Assembly (NCBI GenBank): GCA_965116875.1
Contig: OZ220733.1
Span: 4,928,001-4,992,000 of the forward strand
Origin: Candidatus Latescibacterota bacterium
GTDB lineage: Bacteria > Latescibacterota > UBA2968 > GCA-2709665
Length of the DNA stretch: 64,000 nucleotides
Reading direction: 5' to 3'
A program made the position numbers and the translations under genes. Under the pieces are notes generated by a model. It was not told the DNA's origin and searched no databases. It saw only the letters and a list, made by a program, of their open reading frames with translations. Below, piece after piece: positions 10,645 through 18,758 of the stretch (positions are counted from its first letter, which is position 1; each line of letters starts with the position of its first letter).

Positions 10645-11151
10645 ATGCACGAAGAATACCACCTCGAACAGGAACTCACGCTGCTGGATCCCGGTCGGAT
10701 ACGACTCTTTCTGGATGAATACAACGACCTGATCCTCGATCGCGCAGACGGAAGGCTGCCGGTTACCGCGCATCGTGCATTTCCGCTCACGGCCGCCGGT
10801 CAGTTCATCGTTCTCAAGGATGACGACGGCTCGGAGGTTGGATTGATTCGGGAGATTGCAGGCCTGGATGAGGAAAGCCGCACCGTCCTGGAGTCCGACC
10901 TGGAACGCACGTATTTCGCGCCGGCCATTCTTCAGGTAAACAAGCTTGAGGAAAACTTCCACATCCCGAAATGGGACGTGGAAACCGACAGCGGCCACCG
11001 CGTGTTCGAGGTCCGCAGCCGGAGACGCGACATCCGCATCATGTCCGGGGGCCGGATTCTTCTTAGAGACGCGGACGGGAACAGATACGAGATCCCGGAT
11101 TACAGAAGACTGGATCCGGTCAGCCGCGCGTTTGTGGAAACATTGATCTGA
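10645..11151 (+). CDS. DUF1854 family protein
   Basis: RAFPLT, WDVETDSG, DIRIM, LLRDADGNRYEIPD, LDPVSR; follows the ABC transporter as is usual for this family. Confidence 0.85.
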   Translation: MHEEYHLEQELTLLDPGRIRLFLDEYNDLILDRADGRLPVTAHRAFPLTAAGQFIVLKDDDGSEVGLIREIAGLDEESRTVLESDLERTYFAPAILQVNKLEENFHIPKWDVETDSGHRVFEVRSRRRDIRIMSGGRILLRDADGNRYEIPDYRRLDPVSRAFVETLI

Positions 11152-11289
11152 CTGCCGCCTGTACTCCCGCGGATTCGCTGAATCGGCAGGACGATCCAGT
11201 GTGTTATTGCGCATTGCGATACGCTGCGACCGTTGGTATATTTATGCGGATGGCGGACACCCCCACCCCGAAATACAGGAGATCACCAC

Positions 11290-13140
11290 ATGGATGCCAC
11301 CGCACACGGCACGGCGCCGGCCTCGCTCGACGGCGAATTGATCCCCCAGGCGCCCCGCGACGCCGTCGATCCGGACAGCCTCGTCTACCACCGTCTGTGC
11401 CGGGCGGACGAGTTCAGCGAGGGGGAAGGCAAACCCTTTACCGTCAACGGCTCCCACATTGCCGTCTTTCTGTACAACGGTGAATTCCAGGCCGTGGACA
11501 ATCGTTGTCCCCACATGGGGTATCCCATGTCCAAGGGCAGCGTCCGTGACGGCGTTCTGATCTGCCACTGGCATCACTGGGAGTTCGACCTCAAGACCGG
11601 AGGCTGCTTCGAAACCTCCGGCTCGGGAAACGACCTGAAGAGCTTTCCGGTGGAGGTCCGGGAAGACGGGTTCCTCCACATTGGCATGGCCGCTGACGAA
11701 CGGCAGGCTGCCCGAAAGAGAATGATCGACCGTGGTCGCTATATCCTCGAACAGGGCCTGAAGGACAGGAGTTCGCTCATCATCGCGAAGGGTGTGACGG
11801 CGCTGCGTCATGCCGGCGCGTCTCCGCAGGAGATTATTCAACAGGGCCTGTTCTACGGATCGTACAAGACCACCGAGGGCTTCTCCTCGGGTCTGGCCAT
11901 CCTGGCGCTTTGCGCCAACCTCTGGCACGACATCGCCGAGGGGGATTACAACCTGTTTCTCGTTCATGGCCTCGTGCAGATTTCAAGACGCACCACCGGG
12001 GGCTCCCGCAGGCAGGGGTTTCCTTTTCCGATGGCGACAGACGAACCCGATCTGGCAACGTACAAACGCTGGTTCCGGCGACTGGTGGAACAGCGTAACA
12101 GCAACGCGGCCCAGCGAATTCTGATCACGTTAAACGACCGCGGTGTTCCAAAGGAGGCCATTGCCGACCTGGTCTTTACTGCCGCGACCGACTATTACTT
12201 TACGGGCGACGGCCATGCGCTGGACTTCGCCAACAAGCTTTTCGAGGCCCTGGACTACGTTGAGTGGCAGGGAGCGAGCGAAATCCTGCGCCCGATTGTC
12301 ATCGACCTCGTCACCCGCACGCGCCACGAGGAGACTGCCCGCTGGCAGGAAAGCGTCCCGATCCTTGAGGATGTCTTCACACGCCTGGACGACATCTGGA
12401 AGCAGAACCAGTTGAACGATGCCTCACTGGACACGTCGGCCTTCGCCCAGGTATTGCTGGGAGAGGAGGAAGGGCCCATCGTTTCGGAAATCGAAGCCCT
12501 TCTCCGAAGCGGCGTCGACCCCGCGGAGATTTGCAGGTCCATGGTCTACGCCGGCGCCATCCGTACGGCTCGCTTTCACCTGAAGAACGAGGGCGACTGG
12601 CACGACGTGGCCAATATCTATTCCTATGCGCACGCCCTTTACCGCGCCTTTCAACGCGCCCCGTCACGCGACCTGCTTCGTGGTCTTTTCCACGGCGCGG
12701 TATTTCTCACCTATCTGCGCTGGCTCAATATGCCCGCCGCCCGGGTGCCGAAGCCCGGCCAGCGACTCAACGGCACATTCGAATCCGGTGCCCAGATGCT
12801 CGACCGTCTGCGGGAATTCGCGGATTTCCAGAAAGTGTACGAAGCCGAGATTCTCGTGAACCAGTACCTGGAGGAAGGGCGCGACATTACCGGCCTGAAA
12901 CACGCCCTCGCCCACATTATGCTCAGGGAAGACGCCGAATTGCATATGTTCCAGGTCCTGGAAGTTGCGTTCCGTCACTTCGAACTCACAGACGACCCGG
13001 AGGAAAAGCGAATGCATCTGCTGGCGGCCACGCGTTACATCACCGCCCAGAAGGTCATGAAGGCCATTCTGTGGTCCACCGAGAACGCGGAACGGCTCCA
13101 GCGCGGCGATCTGTTGAGCGAACGGGAAGACGACAATTAA
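11290..13140 (+). CDS. Rieske [2Fe-2S] domain protein with a long helical C-terminal region
   Basis: NRCPHMG...CHWHHWEFD Rieske ligands; AGGAG SD upstream of ATG 11290. Confidence 0.85.
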   Translation: MDATAHGTAPASLDGELIPQAPRDAVDPDSLVYHRLCRADEFSEGEGKPFTVNGSHIAVFLYNGEFQAVDNRCPHMGYPMSKGSVRDGVLICHWHHWEFDLKTGGCFETSGSGNDLKSFPVEVREDGFLHIGMAADERQAARKRMIDRGRYILEQGLKDRSSLIIAKGVTALRHAGASPQEIIQQGLFYGSYKTTEGFSSGLAILALCANLWHDIAEGDYNLFLVHGLVQISRRTTGGSRRQGFPFPMATDEPDLATYKRWFRRLVEQRNSNAAQRILITLNDRGVPKEAIADLVFTAATDYYFTGDGHALDFANKLFEALDYVEWQGASEILRPIVIDLVTRTRHEETARWQESVPILEDVFTRLDDIWKQNQLNDASLDTSAFAQVLLGEEEGPIVSEIEALLRSGVDPAEICRSMVYAGAIRTARFHLKNEGDWHDVANIYSYAHALYRAFQRAPSRDLLRGLFHGAVFLTYLRWLNMPAARVPKPGQRLNGTFESGAQMLDRLREFADFQKVYEAEILVNQYLEEGRDITGLKHALAHIMLREDAELHMFQVLEVAFRHFELTDDPEEKRMHLLAATRYITAQKVMKAILWSTENAERLQRGDLLSEREDDN

Positions 13141-13162
13141 GAGGTTGTTTTAAAAAAGCTTC
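13141..13162. repeat. 22-bp imperfect palindrome resembling the fused terminal inverted repeats of the 162-bp element
   Basis: GAGGTTGTTTTAAAAAAGCTTC matches GAAGCTGTTTTAAAACAGCTTC at 19 of 22 positions and is preceded by TAA. Confidence 0.5.
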
Positions 13163-13180
13163 CAGGGAAGTCGATCCTCA

Positions 13181-16100
13181 ATGAAAATCTCCGAATACGC
13201 CATACGCAAACCCATTACGGCGGTGATGTTGACCCTCAGTATCGTCGTGATGGGGGCGATCTCCCTCTTCCGGCTGCCGCTCGAATATCTACCGGACATC
13301 ACGTTTCCCGTTATGTACGTCAACGTGGACTACCCGTCTTCATCGCCTGAAGAAATCGAACGGGAAATCGTCCAGCCGCTTGAAGAGGTGATGGGTACGC
13401 TCTCCCACGTCAAGCAGCTGAGCTCGAGATCGTACGCCAATCGGGGTTATGTTCGGTTGGAATTCGAACTCAATACGGATATGGACCTCATGGCGGTGCA
13501 TGTCCGTGACCGTCTCGACCAGGTAAGGAACGACCTTCCGGACGACGTGGAGCGAATCTCGATCCGGCGTTGGAACACCGAAGATTTCCCCGTGCTGACG
13601 TACGCGCTGAGCTGGCAGGGTGAGGATCAGTCCGAACTGGCAAGCATTTATGAATACACCATTCTGCCGCGCCTGCAGCGGCTGGAGGGCGTTGGCAGCG
13701 TTGACGTACGGGGCCTGCGGGAAAAAGACCTGCTGATCGAAGTCGACCAGAACCTGCTGCACACGCACAATCTGGACATTCGTGCGCTGAACAGGGCGAT
13801 CAGCTCAAACAACGTCAACATCTCGGCGGGTTACGTCAACGAAGCCGAAAAACGCCTGGCCGCACGGACCGTTGGTGAATTCGACAATGTAGACCAGATC
13901 CGGCGTCTTCCGCTGCGCACGGGCGTTGAAGTGGCTGACGTTGCGGACGTTACGTACGACTATCCGGTAGCAGAGGACTTCGAACGCCTGGACGGCCGGA
14001 ATGCCGTAACGATCGACATCCGCAAGGCCTCCTCAGCCAACCTGGTGGCCACAGCGGACCGGGTCAAGGCGGAATTCGAGCGCATCCGGAATGAAATCGG
14101 GGCCGACAAAATCAGGGCGCAGCCGATCCGTGACCGGTCACTCGACGTTACCACCGGCATTCATAGTCTCACGCAGTCGGCCATGATGGGCGGTTTCCTG
14201 GCCATCATCGTCATTTTCGTGTTTCTCAGAAATTTTCGCAGCACGCTCATTATCGGATCGGCGATCCCGATTTCGGCCATCACCGTATTTATGGTGATGT
14301 ACATCCTCCGGCAGGTCTTCGGATCCAATATCACACTCAACCTGATGTCCATGATGGGTCTGATGGTCGCGATCGGCATGCTCGTCGACCCCGCCGTCGT
14401 TGCACTGGAAAATATCTTCAGAAAAAGGTACGACGAGGGCCAGGCGACCTGGAACGCCGCACTGGAAGGCAGTCGGGAAATTGGCATTCCCGTTCTTGCA
14501 GCCTCGCTGACGACCGTGTGTGTCTTCGTACCCATCATCTTCGTGACCGATTCCCGAAGCGCATTGTTTATGAGGGACTTCGCGCTAACGGTTTGTATTT
14601 CAGTCGGCGCGTCCTTCTGCGTGGCGCTTTCACTGATCCCGCTGGCGGCATCCAGGGCATTCAACGAAAGCGCTTCCCGTCTGGACCGCTGGCTGAAACT
14701 CGCGTTCGTAATCCTGTTGCTGGGGCTCTGCAGCTACGTGGTCTACTCGGATGGCGTGCGGGAAACCGCCTCATGGTTCCGGGAAGGCGCAATCAGTATG
14801 CTGGAGGGTCTCGCAGCGATACCGGCGGTGGCATGGCTGTTGTTATTCGTGCTACTGACCGTTGTCGGTGGTCTGTTCTATTATTCGCGAAAGACTCGCG
14901 GCATCAGGTATCTGTATTCCCGTCTGGTGGTCAACACGCTCCGCTACCGGTGGACGACCGTGTCGATCGCGTGCGGACTTCTCGGCGCGGGATATTATTT
15001 CTTCACGCAGATTGAACAGCAGCCCTATCGCTGGCAGCCGACCCGCCGGGTCGATATCTCGGTCGAACTGCCGCGAAGCTACGACATCCAGGATGCGCTG
15101 GCACTCTTCGAACGCATCGAGGGCATCCTGCTGCCGCAAAAGGACAGCCTGGACATCGCGGCGATGAGCAGCCGGTACAGCGACAGACGGAGCAACCGCA
15201 TTACGCTCTATCTTGTCCCGGCCGACGAGGGAAGGCTTTCAACCGATGTGGTGACTCGCAAGGTCAAGGCCATGCTGCCTACGGACATTCCGGGCGTACG
15301 GTTCAAGTCCGGGAGAACCTGGGGCAGCAGTTCCACCGGCGCCGGCGTTGAAATCAAGGGCCGAAACCCGGACGTACTTGCGATGCTGGCGGAGGATATC
15401 CGACTGCGACTGCAGGGCATTCGCGGGGTTCATGAAGTGGAAACCAGCCTGGAGTCCGGCAACGAGGAGATCCAGGTTACCATCAACCGGCGCCGCGCCA
15501 GGCGTTACGGGCTGACGCCCTGGCAGGTGGCAACCACGGTCGCCAGTGCGCTGGGAACCCGGGGCAACAGCAAGTTCAAGACCGAGAACGGGGAAATCGA
15601 CATTGCCGTGCAGCTCAAGGAAGAGGACAGGGCCACCCTGGAGCAGCTCAGAAACACGTACTTCGAGAGCGACGCCGGAGACATGGTCTCGTTCGCCAGT
15701 CTGGCGGATTTCCGCGTGCGCAAGGGTCCTCAGGCGCTCGAGCGCGAAAACCGGATGTCCACACTGACCGTTTTCGCCAATACGGAACAGCAGGCCGTGT
15801 TTTCCGTTGGACGTGAAATGAGCAGGCGGATGCGCGCGATCCCTTTACCGGCCGGGTACTCGTGGCAAATGGACCGGCGCTTTCGCTGGATGAACCAGGA
15901 ACAGGGAGAAACCAACCTGACCATGATCTTCGCTGTGCTTCTCGTGTATATGATCATGGCCGCTCTCTTCGAGTCCTATGCGCACCCGTTCACGATCATG
16001 TTTTCGATCTGCTTCGCGTTCATAGGCGTCTCGTTTGCGCTGTATGCGTTCAATATCCCGATGGACAGCAACGCCACCTACGGTCTGCTGATACTCTTCG

Positions 16101-16447
16101 GCATCGTTGTGAACAACGGCATCGTCCTGGTAGACCATATCAACCGCTATCGCAAACAGGGCCTCTACCGTCGTGACGCCATCATCCGGGGCGGCCAGGA
16201 CCGATTGCGTCCCATCCTGATGACCGCGACCACGACGATCCTCGGCCTCACGCCCCTGGTTCTGCCCATGATCTACGGCACTGCTGAAGGGACCGCACGC
16301 CGGTGGGGTCCTATCGGTTTTGTGGTGATCTCGGGGCTGACGGTCTCGACAATTCTTACGCTGGTTATCCTGCCTACCGTGTACTCGCTCATGGACGATC
16401 TGGCCACATACATGAAGCGGACACTCGCGACCGTGAGAAGCGCGTGA
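13181..16447 (+). CDS. RND family efflux permease (AcrB/AcrD/AcrF-like)
   Basis: RLPLEYLPDI, SPEEIERE, GMLVDPAVVALENI, GIVVNNGIVLVD, RLRPILMTATTTILG. Confidence 0.95.
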   Translation: MKISEYAIRKPITAVMLTLSIVVMGAISLFRLPLEYLPDITFPVMYVNVDYPSSSPEEIEREIVQPLEEVMGTLSHVKQLSSRSYANRGYVRLEFELNTDMDLMAVHVRDRLDQVRNDLPDDVERISIRRWNTEDFPVLTYALSWQGEDQSELASIYEYTILPRLQRLEGVGSVDVRGLREKDLLIEVDQNLLHTHNLDIRALNRAISSNNVNISAGYVNEAEKRLAARTVGEFDNVDQIRRLPLRTGVEVADVADVTYDYPVAEDFERLDGRNAVTIDIRKASSANLVATADRVKAEFERIRNEIGADKIRAQPIRDRSLDVTTGIHSLTQSAMMGGFLAIIVIFVFLRNFRSTLIIGSAIPISAITVFMVMYILRQVFGSNITLNLMSMMGLMVAIGMLVDPAVVALENIFRKRYDEGQATWNAALEGSREIGIPVLAASLTTVCVFVPIIFVTDSRSALFMRDFALTVCISVGASFCVALSLIPLAASRAFNESASRLDRWLKLAFVILLLGLCSYVVYSDGVRETASWFREGAISMLEGLAAIPAVAWLLLFVLLTVVGGLFYYSRKTRGIRYLYSRLVVNTLRYRWTTVSIACGLLGAGYYFFTQIEQQPYRWQPTRRVDISVELPRSYDIQDALALFERIEGILLPQKDSLDIAAMSSRYSDRRSNRITLYLVPADEGRLSTDVVTRKVKAMLPTDIPGVRFKSGRTWGSSSTGAGVEIKGRNPDVLAMLAEDIRLRLQGIRGVHEVETSLESGNEEIQVTINRRRARRYGLTPWQVATTVASALGTRGNSKFKTENGEIDIAVQLKEEDRATLEQLRNTYFESDAGDMVSFASLADFRVRKGPQALERENRMSTLTVFANTEQQAVFSVGREMSRRMRAIPLPAGYSWQMDRRFRWMNQEQGETNLTMIFAVLLVYMIMAALFESYAHPFTIMFSICFAFIGVSFALYAFNIPMDSNATYGLLILFGIVVNNGIVLVDHINRYRKQGLYRRDAIIRGGQDRLRPILMTATTTILGLTPLVLPMIYGTAEGTARRWGPIGFVVISGLTVSTILTLVILPTVYSLMDDLATYMKRTLATVRSA

Positions 16448-17118
16448 AACAGCTCGCCGTCGTGCTGCTCAGCGGCGGTCTGGACAGCTGCGTCACCGCC
16501 GCCGTCGCCCGCCGGAATCTCGACCTCGCTCTATTTTTCCTCGACTACGGCCAACGGACAAACGCCCGTGAACGCAGCGCGTTCCTGGAAATCGCCGACT
16601 ATTACGGCGTACCGGAGCGCCGTCGCCTGGCCGCGGGAACGGACGTTCTGCGGCAAGTGGGTGGTTCTGCGCTGACGGACCGCAACGTTCCCGTTCCCGA
16701 TGCCGACGTCGTGCGGAACGAAGTTCCAGCCACGTATGTGCCATTCCGAAATGCTCTCCTTCTCAGTTTCGGGGTTTCATGGGCCGAATCCATCGGCGCC
16801 TCGAGTGTGTATCTGGGGGCCGTCGAAGAAGACAGTTCCGGATATCCCGACTGTACGCAAGCGTTCTGTGACGCGTTCGCCCGTGCGGTCGATTCCGGCA
16901 CGCGCCCGGAATCCCACATCAGAATCGTCACGCCGGTGATCCACCTCAGGAAGCACCAGATCGTCCGACTTGGCGTGGAACTGGGCGCCCCGCTTCACCT
17001 CACATGGTCGTGCTACAGAAACAGCGACCGCGCCTGCGGTCGCTGCGACAGCTGCATCCTCCGTCTGAAGGCTTTCGAGACGGCCGGTATCCCCGACCCC
17101 ATCCAGTGCGAATCCTGA
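16444..17118 (+). CDS. queC: 7-cyano-7-deazaguanine synthase
   Basis: LLSGGLDS, DYGQR, TYVPFRN, GYPDC, TWSCY...CGRCDSC; GTG start overlaps the RND stop (GTGA). Confidence 0.97.
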   Translation: MKQLAVVLLSGGLDSCVTAAVARRNLDLALFFLDYGQRTNARERSAFLEIADYYGVPERRRLAAGTDVLRQVGGSALTDRNVPVPDADVVRNEVPATYVPFRNALLLSFGVSWAESIGASSVYLGAVEEDSSGYPDCTQAFCDAFARAVDSGTRPESHIRIVTPVIHLRKHQIVRLGVELGAPLHLTWSCYRNSDRACGRCDSCILRLKAFETAGIPDPIQCES

Positions 17119-17138
17119 GCCTGCCGAACGCGCACGAA

Positions 17139-18518
17139 CTAACCGGCGCGGGCGAGGGCTTCTTTCATCATCGAATCTCTTTCTTCTGCATCCTTCCAGC
17201 GCTGCCGGATATCCGGCGCGAGACAGTCGATCGGATCAAAGTAGAAGAAATGCTCTCCCGGCCGCACGGTGGGACTTGCGAACACCGCGATTCCAGTCTC
17301 TTCGTCGTAATATTCGTAGGAATGCCCGTCACGTTTTCCGCCTCCACCCAATGTGTCCACAATGAACGTCGGCGTATTGAACCCGGCGGTCGCGCCCCGC
17401 AGCGTTTTCTCAATTTCGAGGCCGGCACCGAGCGTTGTGCGGAGATCCTCGACCCCCTGCACCAGATCGTGAAAAAACACGTAATACGGCTGAATATTCA
17501 GGTAACTCAGCCGTTTCACGAGAATCTGCATCGTGAGTGCGTCATCGTTCACACCGCGCTGAAGCACAGCCTGGTTCCGTACCGTAACCCCCCGCTCCAT
17601 CAGCAGTTCCATCGCATCCTGCGTCACGCCGGTTATTTCACCTGGATGGTTGAAGTGGGTATGCATGACCACTTCCTTGTGCATCCTGCGTCCCCGGTTC
17701 ACCACGTCCACGAGCGCATCCACCCATTCCCGGTCGCTCAGGATCTTCCCCGGCATGACCGCGGGGCCTTTGGTTGCAAAGCGAAACCGGCGAATATGCG
17801 GAATGTCCAGCAGGGTCTCGCCTACCTCCCGGATCTGCGCCGCTCTTAGATTGTATACGTCACCGCCGCTGACCACAATGTCTTCCACCTCGGGACGCGA
17901 CCTCAAATAGTCGAAAACCAGAGCCCAGCGTTTTCTGTTGGCGCTCAGACGGACTTTTTCGACGCCATCCGTATCGAGCCCCACGGCATAACTTCGGGTG
18001 CAGAAGCGGCAGTAGACCGGACAGGTGTCCAGCGTCAGAAAGAGCGCTCTGTCGGGATAGCGGTGGGTAAGCCCCGGCACCGGAGAATCGCCCTGTTCGT
18101 TCAACGAATCCAGGTAGAGTTCGGGGTGATCGGGAAGCTGCTGCGAGGCCAGTGGCAGGAACTGCGTACGCAGCGGGTCCCCGTACGGATCATCCCAGTC
18201 GATCAGGCTCAGGATATATGGCGATATCCGAATGCTCATCGGCGCCCTGAGCAACCCTTCGTTGAGATCCGCGTAAAATTCCGGCCCCACGAGCCCGCCA
18301 AGCACTTCCCGCAGACCCTGGATGCTGGTTGGTGAATTGCGCGCCTGAAAAAGATGCGAGTGGAATGTATCTGCGTCCACGTCCGCGTACGCCGGAATCG
18401 TCCTCCAGAACGCATCCCTGCGGAACCGGCGATGTGCGAATGCCGCCTCGGGATCGGCCACGTCTGTCATACCTGCGCTCGCGAAATCGACGCTTGCGGT
18501 TTCCATATCTGTTGCCAT
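17139..18518 (-). CDS. KamA-family radical SAM aminomutase (lysine 2,3-aminomutase-like)
   Basis: GLTHRYPDR, CPVYCRFCTR, VSGGD, THFNHP, NQAVLQRGVND, PYY, GGGGK (PLP lysine). Confidence 0.9.
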   Translation of the reverse strand: MATDMETASVDFASAGMTDVADPEAAFAHRRFRRDAFWRTIPAYADVDADTFHSHLFQARNSPTSIQGLREVLGGLVGPEFYADLNEGLLRAPMSIRISPYILSLIDWDDPYGDPLRTQFLPLASQQLPDHPELYLDSLNEQGDSPVPGLTHRYPDRALFLTLDTCPVYCRFCTRSYAVGLDTDGVEKVRLSANRKRWALVFDYLRSRPEVEDIVVSGGDVYNLRAAQIREVGETLLDIPHIRRFRFATKGPAVMPGKILSDREWVDALVDVVNRGRRMHKEVVMHTHFNHPGEITGVTQDAMELLMERGVTVRNQAVLQRGVNDDALTMQILVKRLSYLNIQPYYVFFHDLVQGVEDLRTTLGAGLEIEKTLRGATAGFNTPTFIVDTLGGGGKRDGHSYEYYDEETGIAVFASPTVRPGEHFFYFDPIDCLAPDIRQRWKDAEERDSMMKEALARAG

Positions 18519-18758
18519 CCCTGCAGGGGGGTGTTGGTTTTCCGCTTCCGTCCCGACGGATTGTCTTCTCCGGCGGCGTGCCGGACGAATCTGCGACCAT
18601 TCAAGGCAAGATATGATATCATCCTTGCGAAAATTGTCAAGGGTTTTCCAGCCTCGGCGGCGGTTTTCGGGAAAATCCGCTTGTTAGGGTTATTTATCCT
18701 GCATATATTCCATAAGTTAGAGAATGTTATCGCCTTAACGAAAACACAAAGCCGCACA

